Of a DNA stretch of 64,000 nucleotides, positions 1-9,914 are shown in pieces; the stretch's first letter is position 1, and every line of letters starts with the position of its first letter. The DNA is taken from the NCBI GenBank assembly GCA_964615415.1, contig CAZTNI010000002.1:104687-168686 (forward strand), read 5' to 3'. The position numbers and the translations under genes are program-made. The stretch comes from an uncultured Candidatus Saccharibacteria bacterium (lineage in GTDB: Bacteria > Patescibacteriota > Minisyncoccia > Phycocordibacterales > SBAW01). The notes under the pieces were generated by a model that saw only the letters and a program-made list of their open reading frames with translations, had not been told where the DNA came from and did no database searches.

Positions 1-145
1 GGTGATCTTAAAAAACAGGGGATTGATTCCTCAAAAGGCTGTATCCGGTTTCCCTACACCAAGCCGCTTCCGACTGCACTCATCAAAAAAATAATAAAAT
101 TCCGCCTGCAAGAAGAAAAGATGCGAAACAAAATACAGTAAAAGT

Positions 146-535
146 ATGAACAAAGAAATTCAAGCATATAATGCAGCACAAAGCGCAAAGGATAAGAAAA
201 TCTGTGCCCTTTTGATGCGCGAGATACACGCCAACCTACCCAAGGCTGAAAGTAAGATCTGGCACCGGAACCCGGTGTGGTTTTTGGATGGCAACCCAAT
301 TGTGGGGTATGACAAACTGAAAGACTGTGTACGACTTTTGTTTTGGAGTGGGCAATCGTTTGATGAAGAGGGGCTGGAACCCGAAGGAAGTTTTAAAGCT
401 GCCGAGGCTCGGTATGTTGATGTGAAGGAGGTAGATGTTAAAGCATTGAAGCGCTGGCTTAAAAAAGCACAAACAATCCAGTGGGATTATAAAAATATTG
501 TTAAACGAAAGGGGAAACTGGTTCGTATAAAATAG
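146..535 (+). CDS. small DUF1801-like protein
   Basis: 129 aa ORF; N-terminal MNKEIQAYN... resembles the DUF1801/YdhG-like family from memory; no transmembrane segment or signal peptide. Confidence 0.35.
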   Translation: MNKEIQAYNAAQSAKDKKICALLMREIHANLPKAESKIWHRNPVWFLDGNPIVGYDKLKDCVRLLFWSGQSFDEEGLEPEGSFKAAEARYVDVKEVDVKALKRWLKKAQTIQWDYKNIVKRKGKLVRIK

Positions 536-558
536 ATATAAGTGTATTAAAGAATAAA

Positions 559-1038
559 ATGTCCCAAGAGGAAATATTTCAACAAGTTTACGAAAAATAT
601 AAAAGTGTCTTTCCTGAGATGTTGCACAGCTCAGGTGGACTTCCGGATACAAAAGGACCTGGGACAAGTGATGTAGATATTTCCTTGTTTCATAAAGAGC
701 CCGCTTCTCTCGTAAAGTTTTTTCCAGAAGATACGGAAATGGACACAAGTAATCCTGGGAGAACCATTTATAAATTAAAAGGCTATCCGCGAGAGGTTAA
801 TATCTATTCCTCGGATGGAGCATGGTGGAACCAAGCTGTATTGCATAGAAATACAGAATTGGCATTGCGCGACAAGCATCCTCATTTATTCCAACAAGCA
901 TTCGCGTACAAAAAAGACCTCGGCATTTCCACCGAGGCAGCGTGGGCTAGGGTGCTAGGTCTGGGCGATGATTATTTTGAAATCCTTCTAGATACTGAAA
1001 AAACATTAAGAATTGCAAGTTCAGTTGGTACAAAATAA
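559..1038 (+). CDS. GrpB-like nucleotidyltransferase-fold protein (hypothetical)
   Basis: Motif GGLPDTKGPGTSDVDISLF resembles the GrpB HxGST...IDI signature; 159 aa. Confidence 0.3.
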   Translation: MSQEEIFQQVYEKYKSVFPEMLHSSGGLPDTKGPGTSDVDISLFHKEPASLVKFFPEDTEMDTSNPGRTIYKLKGYPREVNIYSSDGAWWNQAVLHRNTELALRDKHPHLFQQAFAYKKDLGISTEAAWARVLGLGDDYFEILLDTEKTLRIASSVGTK

Positions 1039-1039
1039 A

Positions 1040-1681
1040 ATGAAAGTGCAATTTCAATACGAGAAGGAAAAAGATATTTGGTGCCTTTTAAACAAAGGCA
1101 AGAGTTCTAACAACTCTAAAAACCCGACAAAGCAGTATGAACAACTTGTCGCTGCGCATGGAGAAAATCCTACTTTAACGGAGACGGCTGCGTTTATAGA
1201 AACATATCTTGTTGAAAATAAGATTGATGTGCAGGAACGTATAAAAAAGTTTCAAAAAGAGTGGGAGAGTGTTGCAGAAGAATATCAAAAACGCGCAGAA
1301 ACAATCTTTGGAGTTTCTCTCCCCGTCGATATTATTGCCTACCTTACTGTAAATAGCCGCTGCCCGTACAGTATCAAAGAGAACTCTTTTTATGTATCTT
1401 TACAGTCGGCGTCTGTCAAAAAAACGGCCATGCACGAGTTGTGGCATTTTTACACGTGGTACGGCCTTGGTACTGATCAAGAGGAAAAGCTAGGCAAGGA
1501 AAAATATAACGATCTAAAAGAGGCTCTAACTGTGTTGCTAAATGTAGAGTGCAAAGACCTGCTCCCAGAAGGAGTTACTGACGGCGGGTATCCGCAGCAC
1601 AAGGAACTAAGAGAAAAAATAGTAGAATTGTGGGGTAAAGAGAGGAATATAAACAGTCTTTGGAAATCTTTAACAGTATAA
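1040..1681 (+). CDS. hypothetical protein with HExxH-like motif (MHELWH)
   Basis: ORF trimmed to the internal ATG (MKVQ) immediately after the upstream stop; HELWH motif; no family confidently recognised. Confidence 0.35.
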   Translation: MKVQFQYEKEKDIWCLLNKGKSSNNSKNPTKQYEQLVAAHGENPTLTETAAFIETYLVENKIDVQERIKKFQKEWESVAEEYQKRAETIFGVSLPVDIIAYLTVNSRCPYSIKENSFYVSLQSASVKKTAMHELWHFYTWYGLGTDQEEKLGKEKYNDLKEALTVLLNVECKDLLPEGVTDGGYPQHKELREKIVELWGKERNINSLWKSLTV

Positions 1682-1693
1682 GAGCCTCTCAAT

Positions 1694-2056
1694 ATGAAAG
1701 AGACCACGAAAAAACACCGAGTATACACTATGCCTGTTGCACGCGTGTACCCTTTGTATATTACTAAGGCAGAGAAAAAGGGCCGCACCAAGCAGGAAGT
1801 CGATACTATCATCCACTGGCTTACTGGTTATACGCAGAAAAAGCTTGAGACAGAACTAAAAAAGGAGACAGACTTTGAAACTTTCTTTGCACAAGCTCCC
1901 AAACGTAACCCGTCGCGTAAACTCATTACGGGTGTCATTTGTGGCATGCGAGTTGAAGATATTAAAGAACCCACAATGCAAGAAATCCGCTACTTAGACA
2001 AATTGGTGGACGAGCTGGCAAGAGGAAAAGCGATGGAGAAAATCTTACGCAAGTGA
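1694..2056 (+). CDS. DUF2200-like protein
   Basis: 120 aa; [39 protein letters not shown] matches my recollection of DUF2200. Confidence 0.4.
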   Translation: MKETTKKHRVYTMPVARVYPLYITKAEKKGRTKQEVDTIIHWLTGYTQKKLETELKKETDFETFFAQAPKRNPSRKLITGVICGMRVEDIKEPTMQEIRYLDKLVDELARGKAMEKILRK

Positions 2057-2133
2057 TCCACAAGAGATTAATTTACAAACACAATAATTCATGATATAAT
2101 CATATTTAGATTCCTCAATATAAAGGTGCAACG

Positions 2134-2721
2134 ATGGCTCTAAAAGTAGCTATATGGAAGAGGTACATCGACAAGAAAAAAGGTGCGCCGCCTCGCGAAC
2201 TACTTCTCGAGGCAGTGTCTCGTGTTCCAGGTCGCGGTACTGCTATTGATCTGGGAGCTGGACCGATGAACGATTGTCGTTACCTTTTGAATCAAGGTTT
2301 CGAGCGTGTGGTAGCTGTCGATTATGACGAGACTGCCGAGGAGTGCTCAAAAGAGTTTGCGGACGATGCCCGTTTTAGCTTTGCAAAGAGTCGCTTCGAT
2401 GAATTTCAGTTTCCTCTGGAGGTCGACCTCGTAAATGCGGCCTACGCATTGCCGTTCAATCCTTCGTGGACGTTTGCGGTGGTGTTGCAAGCAATACATG
2501 CATCACTCAAGAAGGGTGGCGTGTTTTGTGGCCAGTTTTTCGGCATCAACGACTCGTGGAATGTTCCGCGTACCGCAAAAACATTCCTTACTCGTGCAGA
2601 AGCAGAAAAATGTCTCGCCGAGTATGAGATTTTGAAATTCCTCGAAGAAGAACAAGATGGAACATCTTCCTTAGGAGAGCCAAAACACTGGCACGTCTTC
2701 CACTTTATTATGCGGAAATAG
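2134..2721 (+). CDS. class I SAM-dependent methyltransferase
   Basis: AIDLGAGPMNDCRYLLNQGFERVVAVDYDE is a GxGxG SAM-binding motif followed by an acidic loop. Confidence 0.55.
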   Translation: MALKVAIWKRYIDKKKGAPPRELLLEAVSRVPGRGTAIDLGAGPMNDCRYLLNQGFERVVAVDYDETAEECSKEFADDARFSFAKSRFDEFQFPLEVDLVNAAYALPFNPSWTFAVVLQAIHASLKKGGVFCGQFFGINDSWNVPRTAKTFLTRAEAEKCLAEYEILKFLEEEQDGTSSLGEPKHWHVFHFIMRK

Positions 2722-2831
2722 GTGTCTCACGGGTCTGCGTATCTACGCAGACCTTTTTCTTTTACAACAATAATTCGAGTAAACAAAAACCGCCACGACT
2801 CTTTCGAGGTGGCGGTTGCAGATAAGTATGG

Positions 2832-3389
2832 CTAACAAATAAGGGCTTTTATGAGTTCGGGGTACAAATACTGCTCGACTTTTTTGATCCTCTCGTGGAG
2901 GCTTTCAACAGTATCGCCTGGTAAAACCTTCACGGCTTCCTGAGCTAAGATGGGCCCGTCATCAAGCTCCGCAGTGGCCCAATGAATCGTGCATCCGGTA
3001 ATTTTGACGCCGTGTGCAAGTGCTTGCTTAACCGCGTCCTTTCCTTTGAATGACGGAAGCAGTGATGGATGCGTGTTAAGAACTTTTAGTTGGTACGCAT
3101 CGCGTGTAAACATGGCTGGTGCTAAGTGCGTTCTGTAGCCAGCCATTGCTACTGCGTGGATTCGATGCAGCTGTAGCTGCTCGAGCACGAGATTCGTATA
3201 TGCTTCTCGATCGAAGGTTTCATCGAAACTTCTTGGCACGATTGTGCAAGGAATGCATGCGTCTATGGCAATTTTCAGTGCACGGCACTGCCGATCCGCT
3301 AGCACAAACGCAATAGGTATTCGCTGCTCTATCATTGCGTTCAGTAGTGACCCAGTACCAGAGACGAATACTGCAAGACGAAGTGGCAT
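2832..3389 (-). CDS. purN: phosphoribosylglycinamide formyltransferase
   Basis: MPLRLAVFVSGTGS...NTHPSLLP...; start moved to the internal Met, which has an AGGAGG RBS; strong PurN family resemblance. Confidence 0.8.
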   Translation of the reverse strand: MPLRLAVFVSGTGSLLNAMIEQRIPIAFVLADRQCRALKIAIDACIPCTIVPRSFDETFDREAYTNLVLEQLQLHRIHAVAMAGYRTHLAPAMFTRDAYQLKVLNTHPSLLPSFKGKDAVKQALAHGVKITGCTIHWATAELDDGPILAQEAVKVLPGDTVESLHERIKKVEQYLYPELIKALIC

Positions 3390-3510
3390 AGCAGCCTCCT
3401 GTGTGTGATGAGCAAACCCGGCAAGCACTATAGCATAAAAGTTTTTGTGGCTGATGTAAGTGAGAGCGACCTGTGCCGTCTATAAAAATACATACTTTAT
3501 TATTGTATAT

Positions 3511-4089
3511 ATGACATCTAAACAAATAGGAGTGGGAGTTGCAGTGGTGCTTGCAGTTGCAGCAGCAGGATATTTTTTCTTTTTTGATGCTATAGCGAGT
3601 CAATTTAAGACTCAGAATGTAGATGCTATTCCTCAAAATGTGACTCTTTCTGGTACATACACTTGCTTGCCGCATCTCGACACGACGGGTCCCCAAACGG
3701 AAGAGTGCGCATTCGGTATCCGCACCGACGAGGGCGACTACTATGCAGTTAACTTTGGTCAGTCTGCAAGTGCGATGGAACAATTCCAAAGCGGCGCGCA
3801 TGTACGCGCAGAAGGCTTTGTAGTGATTAAAGAAGCACTAAGTTCCGATCATTGGCAAAAATATAATATGAAAGGCATCTTCACGGTGACGCAGATTCTT
3901 GAATCTTCGCAGCCGACTTCCGGCGCAAAGCTCAATATCCACGTGGTGTGCGAAGAGGCGCTCGCATTCATGACCTTCCCTGATGCTGCAGCTGCTGAAG
4001 CTTTTGTTGCCGAGTGTGAGGCGGGCGAGCATCCTGACATTATTGAGCGTTACAAGGCGGACCACGGCTATAACGGCGCCACTATTTAG
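3511..4089 (+). CDS. membrane-anchored hypothetical protein
   Basis: Start placed at MTSKQIG; one N-terminal TM helix then a soluble Cys-containing domain. Confidence 0.45.
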   Translation: MTSKQIGVGVAVVLAVAAAGYFFFFDAIASQFKTQNVDAIPQNVTLSGTYTCLPHLDTTGPQTEECAFGIRTDEGDYYAVNFGQSASAMEQFQSGAHVRAEGFVVIKEALSSDHWQKYNMKGIFTVTQILESSQPTSGAKLNIHVVCEEALAFMTFPDAAAAEAFVAECEAGEHPDIIERYKADHGYNGATI

Positions 4090-4139
4090 GCCCACCACGC
4101 AAGACTTTTCTTTGCTCGGGTTATCTATATACTTGAGCC

Positions 4140-4535
4140 ATGGATATTAATTACATTGCCGTTTTCTTGGCAGCTTTATCAGCATTTGTTTTGGGCTACG
4201 TGTGGTACTCAGTAGTGTTTGCAAAGCCGTGGCAGAAGCTTATTGGTATGCACAAGGAGGGTGGCGCTGCACGTCCGCCGCAGATGTGGAAACTACTCGT
4301 TGGTTCCGCGATCATTCAAATTTGTATGGCGCTTAACCTTGCCGCCTTTCTTGGCCGCAATGCGGACTGGACCTTTGGTCTTTTTGCAGGTGTTGCAGTT
4401 GGATTCGGCTGGGTAGGTTTAGCATTCGGCCTGAGCTATCTCTTTGAAGGGCGCCCGTTCAAACTCTGGCTTATTAACGCAGGGTACAACACAGTCTCAT
4501 TCGTGCTTATGGGCGTTATTCTTGGTGCGATGTAA
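4140..4535 (+). CDS. DUF1761-like small membrane protein
   Basis: MDINYIAVFLAALSAFVLGYVWY... with 3-4 TM segments; resembles DUF1761. Confidence 0.45.
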   Translation: MDINYIAVFLAALSAFVLGYVWYSVVFAKPWQKLIGMHKEGGAARPPQMWKLLVGSAIIQICMALNLAAFLGRNADWTFGLFAGVAVGFGWVGLAFGLSYLFEGRPFKLWLINAGYNTVSFVLMGVILGAM

Positions 4536-4592
4536 TTGACGCGCTTCTTGCTCTAGATTTAAATAGAGGGAGGTGTTCATCGGGAGGAACTG

Positions 4593-4778
4593 ATGTTGGA
4601 TGTGCAAGGAGGTCCGGCTCCGGCTCGGCTCGCTTGCGCTTTTTGTGGCGCGGCGCTTACGGGACACCCGAAGCATGTCATGTGGCGTGCAGAGGGGAAG
4701 GAGGATGTGTTTTTTTGCAATCGTGTGCATGAACAGGAGTACGTAGCGGAGCAAGCTGCAACTTCTGTAGCAGCGTAG
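4593..4778 (+). CDS. small YHS/TRASH-like metal-binding domain protein
   Basis: CAFCGAAL...FFCNRVHEQEY pattern; GGAGG RBS 6 bp upstream; 61 aa. Confidence 0.35.
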   Translation: MLDVQGGPAPARLACAFCGAALTGHPKHVMWRAEGKEDVFFCNRVHEQEYVAEQAATSVAA

Positions 4779-4964
4779 CTGCTCACCCCACGATTGCGTG
4801 CGTATGGCGAGGAGTACCCGGTTTCGAATGCTCGTAGCGAGCGACAAAGCTGGGAGGATACGTGCCCAGTACAAAAACCTATCGGGGAAGACTGGCGTAA
4901 GCCCCTCGCCCACCCTTTTTAACAGCTCGTAAGAGCTGTTTTTCTTTGGGGTACAATTATACAT

Positions 4965-5387
4965 ATGTGGATGGTATACGCATTCGGCTCTGCAGTCGCC
5001 GCGTCGCTCGTTGCAATTTTTGGAAAGATCGGATTACAAGGAGTTGATCCTACCCAGGCAACCGCCGTGCGCAGCGTTATTATGGCCGTCATGTTGGTAC
5101 TAGGTGCGCTGATGTTCGGTAAGTTTGCCGGGTTTGATATTTCTTCGCTCGGCAGCAAGGTATGGGTTTTTATCCTGCTTTCCGCGCTCGCGGGTGCTGC
5201 CTCGTGGCTTTTGTATTTTATTGCACTGCAAACTGGTCCTGCGAGCGCTGTGTCGGTGATAGACAAACTGAGTGTTGTGTTTGTGATACTGCTCGCGGCA
5301 CTGTTTTTAGGAGAAGCACTTACGTTGAAGAGCAGTATCGGCCTCGTGCTCACATTAGTAGGTACAGTATTAATTGTTTTTAAATAA
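4965..5387 (+). CDS. EamA-like (DUF6) small transporter
   Basis: 140 aa with 4 TM helices; half-size EamA architecture. Confidence 0.5.
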   Translation: MWMVYAFGSAVAASLVAIFGKIGLQGVDPTQATAVRSVIMAVMLVLGALMFGKFAGFDISSLGSKVWVFILLSALAGAASWLLYFIALQTGPASAVSVIDKLSVVFVILLAALFLGEALTLKSSIGLVLTLVGTVLIVFK

Positions 5388-5388
5388 T

Positions 5389-5865
5389 ATGAAAAAGAAA
5401 GACTGGGCAACGCTCGCGGGTTTTATTGTTTTTGCACAGGCTGCAGGGTTAATCGGCTCCTTTTTTACCATGCCGGCAATAGACAGTTGGTACCGCACAC
5501 TTGCGCGGCCAGACCTTGCGCCACCGAACTGGGTCTTTGGACCTGTGTGGACGACCTTGTTTCTTTTAATGGGTATAGCGGCGTTTTTGGTCTGGAAGAA
5601 GGGGTGGGGGAAAGTCCGTGTACAAGAAGCGCTCGGGATGTTTGTGGTCCAGCTCGGGCTTAATGTGCTGTGGTCATTCATCTTTTTTGGACTTAAAAAT
5701 CCAGGTCTCGCGTTTGTAGAGATCATGTTCCTGTGGCTTGCGATTATGGCAACGATCGTGCTCTTTGCACGGGTGTCTAAGTGGGCAGCGTTACTCCTTG
5801 TGCCGTACATTGCGTGGGTAAGTTTTGCTTCCTATCTTAATTATATGATCAGCATCTTAAATTAA
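5389..5865 (+). CDS. tspO: TspO/MBR tryptophan-rich sensory protein
   Basis: Trp-rich five-TM protein with WYRTLARPDLAPPNWVFGPVWTTLF motif; start at MKKKDW directly after the EamA stop. Confidence 0.75.
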   Translation: MKKKDWATLAGFIVFAQAAGLIGSFFTMPAIDSWYRTLARPDLAPPNWVFGPVWTTLFLLMGIAAFLVWKKGWGKVRVQEALGMFVVQLGLNVLWSFIFFGLKNPGLAFVEIMFLWLAIMATIVLFARVSKWAALLLVPYIAWVSFASYLNYMISILN

Positions 5866-5874
5866 ACTACTTAT

Positions 5875-6258
5875 ATGAAAGGATTTATTGCAGATATTGA
5901 AGATGAGTCGTTGAGTAATGAGTATTTTCGCAAAGTGCTCTACACAGACGAACGCTTGCAGTTAGTGGTGATGAGTTTACAGCCGAACGAAGACATTGGA
6001 GAGGAAGTGCACCAATTGGACCAGTTTATTCGTGTTGAGTCTGGCGAAGGAAAAGCGGTACTCGATGGTGTTGAGCATGAAATTCATGATGGGTCAGTAG
6101 TAGTTGTTCCTCAGGGTGTGCGCCATAACATCATCAACACTTCAAACGAGCAGCCGATGAAACTCTATACCCTGTACGCCCCGCCGAACCATCCCGACGG
6201 CACCATACATAAAACAAAGGAAGAAGCCGAGGCCGCTGAAGCGCAGTACGAAAAATAA
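5875..6258 (+). CDS. cupin-domain protein
   Basis: HQLDQFIRVESGEGKAVLDGVEHEIHDGSVVVVPQGVRHNI is a cupin two-motif pattern. Confidence 0.55.
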   Translation: MKGFIADIEDESLSNEYFRKVLYTDERLQLVVMSLQPNEDIGEEVHQLDQFIRVESGEGKAVLDGVEHEIHDGSVVVVPQGVRHNIINTSNEQPMKLYTLYAPPNHPDGTIHKTKEEAEAAEAQYEK

Positions 6259-6288
6259 AACAGGCCACTCCCTTGGGAGTGGCCTGTT
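6259..6288. terminator. bidirectional intrinsic terminator hairpin
   Basis: AACAGGCCACTCCC-TTG-GGAGTGGCCTGTT flanked by an A-run upstream. Confidence 0.6.
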
Positions 6289-6299
6289 GTTGTAGATGG

Positions 6300-6794
6300 T
6301 TATTCCGGAACGGATGCGAGGAGTTGCCGAACTGCGTCGCGAATCTCGTTCGAGATAAATACAGAAATGTTCGGGTCGCCCTGGGCACCTGCTCCTGGGT
6401 GAGGAATGTTGAGGTAGTTCCCGAAGCGGATGAAGCGTCCCTGCACCGAAGCATGCGCTCCATAGCGGTTGGCAAAATCAGCCATCTCTGCAGGTTGCTC
6501 AGAAAAACGGACCTCTTTCAGTCCAAACGCAACTTCAAGTTCCTTGCTGGTTACTTGAGTCTGGCCCCGTACAGAACCATCGATGTGGTGCACTTCCCAT
6601 ATAAGGCGCCACTCATCCGGTACGTCCGCCAGTTGTATGGTGAGGGTGGCTACTTCTCCATTTCGGATAACGAGCATGTTGCGCTCAAAATCGGGCTTGT
6701 CCGGCACCATTTTGTCGCCATGTCCAACCCACCAATCGGGTGGAAATGTTGCACGACGAGCCACGGGTCGTTCAGAAGTTGCAAGGGTCTGCAT
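6300..6794 (-). CDS. hypothetical protein
   Basis: 164 aa ORF bounded by a bidirectional terminator at 6259-6288; no family recognised. Confidence 0.4.
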   Translation of the reverse strand: MQTLATSERPVARRATFPPDWWVGHGDKMVPDKPDFERNMLVIRNGEVATLTIQLADVPDEWRLIWEVHHIDGSVRGQTQVTSKELEVAFGLKEVRFSEQPAEMADFANRYGAHASVQGRFIRFGNYLNIPHPGAGAQGDPNISVFISNEIRDAVRQLLASVPE

Positions 6795-6862
6795 GTAGTC
6801 CTCCTTAGGGTTAAAGCGACTTCCGCTTGCAGACTACCATACCTTTATAAAATGAACTATAT

Positions 6863-7387
6863 TTGCATAAGGAGTTTTTTAGAAAGGAGAAACGCGTGTC
6901 GCAAGATCCAATTCGCGCAGTCATTGGTGTGTGGTATCGGCGTGAGCCGGTAACCAACATGCTGCAGACATTCTACGTTCGCCGGTCCGAGTCTATGAAA
7001 AATTATCCTGGTGTGTGGAGTCTTCCGTCCTATCAGTATCGCCCGGATGATCTTCCTGATCCGATGGATCATGAAAGTGTTAGTGCGCTGTTTTCGGCCA
7101 TGAGTCGAGAACGCTTCCTTGGGGCGCCCGTAACCGTGCTCGAGTTTTTAACGGCCGGCCGATCGGATGATAACCCAATGGGCAGAATGGTGGAGTTGCT
7201 GCTGTATCGTATTGCGTTTGAGTATCCGCCACTCTTGCATTCTGCGTTTTATATCGACGCTGCGTGGTTAACGTCGCCGGAGTATGAACTGCGTACTGTG
7301 GGAGCTGCTATCGAGTGCGGTCTGTGCACGCATTTGTGGCGGGCATACGAATACGACACCTTGCTTAGCACTTCTGCGGCATCATAA
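6863..7387 (+). CDS. hypothetical protein (possible degenerate Nudix-like)
   Basis: 174 aa; weak GxxxxxE...RE-like segment (SAMSRERFLG); terminator immediately downstream. Confidence 0.35.
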   Translation: MHKEFFRKEKRVSQDPIRAVIGVWYRREPVTNMLQTFYVRRSESMKNYPGVWSLPSYQYRPDDLPDPMDHESVSALFSAMSRERFLGAPVTVLEFLTAGRSDDNPMGRMVELLLYRIAFEYPPLLHSAFYIDAAWLTSPEYELRTVGAAIECGLCTHLWRAYEYDTLLSTSAAS

Positions 7388-7417
7388 AGCCGCTCCCTAG
7401 GGAGCGGCTTTTCTTAT
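7387..7417. terminator. bidirectional intrinsic terminator
   Basis: AAGCCGCTCCC-TAG-GGGAGCGGCTT + TTTCTTATTT between convergent genes. Confidence 0.7.
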
Positions 7418-8907
7418 TTCAATATTTCCCACATGCCGGGGGACTGTGCGCCGCCCATACTGAAGACTGCTACGCCGCGCACACCTAAGCGCTTCGCAAG
7501 AGCTACCTTGTCGGCAATAGCTTGTGCATCGCTCCATGTCATGTAGTTAAATGGCTGCAGAGAATTTCCTAATTGTGACCCGAGATTTTGTGTTACAGAA
7601 GTCGTCGGTGTTGTTTGTTGTGTTTGCGTTGATTCGCTTCCTGTTGGCGCAAGTGTTGCAAGCTGGGAAGGGTAGTACGTAAAGCCAACTTCGTTTGCAC
7701 TGGTGCGCAGCGGTGTAATGCCAAGCTTTGCAGCAATATCAGTTGCATACTTGGGGTTAAATGCCCAGAGTCGTTGATATTTAAAACTACCATCTGCTTG
7801 CGGCGTTACTTCGTACTCGTAGCCGTAGGTTGCAACACCGACAATAATTTTGTTGCGCGAAATAGTTTGCGCAGCAAGGGTTACAAGAGTTTCTACCCAG
7901 CCGGTATCTGCAACCGGTGCATATGGCGCGGAACGCGCGATGTTAAGTCGGCGGTCGACGGTGCCTTGGTCGTAAGCCATTATTTCCACACGGTCGCAAT
8001 ACTTATTGAGCGCGTAGTAGTCGTTTGCGTAGTTGGTGGCATCTGGCGGAATCGTTTGTCCGGGTAAGTAGCGATTCTCAAGTGGCATGCGGGCCTCGAT
8101 GGTGCAGTAGACCCACTTGTTGCCCATACGTTGATACAGCCCTTTGAGGAATGTTGAGAAGTAATCTATTGTTTCGTGTTTCTTCGCTTCGAAGTCGATG
8201 TCAATGCCATCCCAGCCCTGCGCTTTCACAAGCGCAGCAATCTCATCCTCAAGCGCGATACGCGTTGTTTGGTTACTCAAGATGCGATGCATCTCTTCGC
8301 CGTCTCCCCACATAATAGAAGGTACTACGCGTACGTTTTGACGTTTTGCTTCTGCAATGAATGAAAGCCAAGGCTCTTTGTTGGTTATGCCGGTGCGGTC
8401 TACCAACTTTCCATTACTGTCTACACTAAGGGCAAACGGCATCACGCTTTTAAGTTGTGACAGACGGGGAAGTACGTCTTGTGTTGCAGATGCTACTCTC
8501 CAGTCGGGAAGCCATCCAGAAAATTCAAATGCTCCTGTTGCGCGGGGAGTTAAAGCCCCGCTGATAGTTCCGGGGTTTTGTATTCCTGGTACAACAGAGG
8601 TGCTGCCCAGACCGAGTGCAGCTTGGGTGCGAGGTCCAACAATGCCATACCCCGAGACGGCCGCTCCCGAGCAAATGATGCCTTTGTCGCACTGAAATTT
8701 TTTAACTGCTGCTTCAGTGAGTGGTCCAAAGTATCCCGTATTTTTTCCTGCTGCCAAGTATCCCTGAGCGATAAGTGTGTTTTGGAGTGCAGTCACGTCG
8801 CTGCCAGACATGCCGGAAGAAAGCGAACGTGTCGCAGCAAAAGTAGTAAGAGGGGATGCAAAGGCACAAGCGAACACAATAGATGTAAATACAAAAAAGC
8901 GCTTCAT
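7414..8907 (-). CDS. secreted peptidoglycan-binding domain + glycoside hydrolase family 18 protein
   Basis: Signal peptide; PG_binding_1-like LSSGMSGSDVTALQNTLIAQGYL...FGPLTEAAVKKFQ; GH18 catalytic motif WDGIDIDFE (DxxDxDxE). Confidence 0.7.
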   Translation of the reverse strand: MKRFFVFTSIVFACAFASPLTTFAATRSLSSGMSGSDVTALQNTLIAQGYLAAGKNTGYFGPLTEAAVKKFQCDKGIICSGAAVSGYGIVGPRTQAALGLGSTSVVPGIQNPGTISGALTPRATGAFEFSGWLPDWRVASATQDVLPRLSQLKSVMPFALSVDSNGKLVDRTGITNKEPWLSFIAEAKRQNVRVVPSIMWGDGEEMHRILSNQTTRIALEDEIAALVKAQGWDGIDIDFEAKKHETIDYFSTFLKGLYQRMGNKWVYCTIEARMPLENRYLPGQTIPPDATNYANDYYALNKYCDRVEIMAYDQGTVDRRLNIARSAPYAPVADTGWVETLVTLAAQTISRNKIIVGVATYGYEYEVTPQADGSFKYQRLWAFNPKYATDIAAKLGITPLRTSANEVGFTYYPSQLATLAPTGSESTQTQQTTPTTSVTQNLGSQLGNSLQPFNYMTWSDAQAIADKVALAKRLGVRGVAVFSMGGAQSPGMWEILK

Positions 8908-8996
8908 ATTTTTATATAGTAACAGACGAAGTTGAGTAAACAGTCTTACTGCTCTAGATGAGCGTACGTGTATGTAAATGATGTTATGCTGAAGTT

Positions 8997-9491
8997 ATGC
9001 GCGAGAGAGGTTTTACTCTTATTGAGCTTTTGGTAGTCATCGCTATTATCGGCATTTTGGCAGGACTTGTGTTGAGTTCTCTGAGCACAGCGCGTACTAA
9101 CGCGCGGACCGCTGCTATTAAATCCGGTGTAAATGAATTTCGTAAATTAATGGAGTTCGAATATATAGCGACCGGGAGTTACACCAATTTAAATAAACTG
9201 TGGGTAGGAACGGGCACGTCTTGCGCGGCGCGCGGTTACGCAGGTGCATATGCAGCCAAAGCAGTTGAGATCTGCGAAAATTTGATAAATAATATCGGCA
9301 GTAGTGTGACGCTTGCGTTCCATACCGGAGTAGATACAGCGAGCGGATTCAGTAATGCAAGCCAGTATGCCATCATGGCTCGTCTGCCGAGTGGTACGTT
9401 TTATTGTGTTGGTTCGAGCGGCAAAACCTCTGATACAGAAAACGGTTCAGGCGGTGTGTGGGCGTCACCCGGGTGTTGGGGAAATCCGTAA
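8997..9491 (+). CDS. type IV pilin (prepilin-type N-terminal cleavage/methylation domain)
   Basis: MRERG|FTLIELLVVIAIIGILA is the class III signal peptide and N-methylation motif. Confidence 0.75.
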   Translation: MRERGFTLIELLVVIAIIGILAGLVLSSLSTARTNARTAAIKSGVNEFRKLMEFEYIATGSYTNLNKLWVGTGTSCAARGYAGAYAAKAVEICENLINNIGSSVTLAFHTGVDTASGFSNASQYAIMARLPSGTFYCVGSSGKTSDTENGSGGVWASPGCWGNP

Positions 9492-9511
9492 AATAATAAT
9501 CTTTATTACAT

Positions 9512-9910
9512 ATGTTGATAAAACTCTACGCTATTGCGCTGCCGATTTGTTTCCTGCTCGATTTGGTATGGATTGGGTTTGTTGCCAACGGTTTTTACCG
9601 CACACAGTTAGGTGAGTTGATGAAAACCAACATCACCTGGTCTGCCGCTATTAGTTTCTACGTATTGTTTATTATCGGCCTTGTCTTTTTTGTAATAGCA
9701 CCTGCAGTTGAAAAACAATCACTGCTGTACGCGCTCGGAGCGGGAGCATTTTTTGGGCTTATTGCGTACGCAACCTATGACCTTACTAACCTTGCCACAA
9801 TAAAAAACTGGCCGCTTATTGTTTCGATAGTAGATATGGTGTGGGGTGCAGTACTTGCAGCGATTGTGTCGGGGGCAACATATTTCATTGCCACAAAACT
9901 TCACTGGTAG
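9512..9910 (+). CDS. DUF2177-like membrane protein
   Basis: 132 aa with 4 TM helices; MLIKLYAIALPICFLLDLVWIGFVANGFY. Confidence 0.4.
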   Translation: MLIKLYAIALPICFLLDLVWIGFVANGFYRTQLGELMKTNITWSAAISFYVLFIIGLVFFVIAPAVEKQSLLYALGAGAFFGLIAYATYDLTNLATIKNWPLIVSIVDMVWGAVLAAIVSGATYFIATKLHW

Positions 9911-9914
9911 GTAT

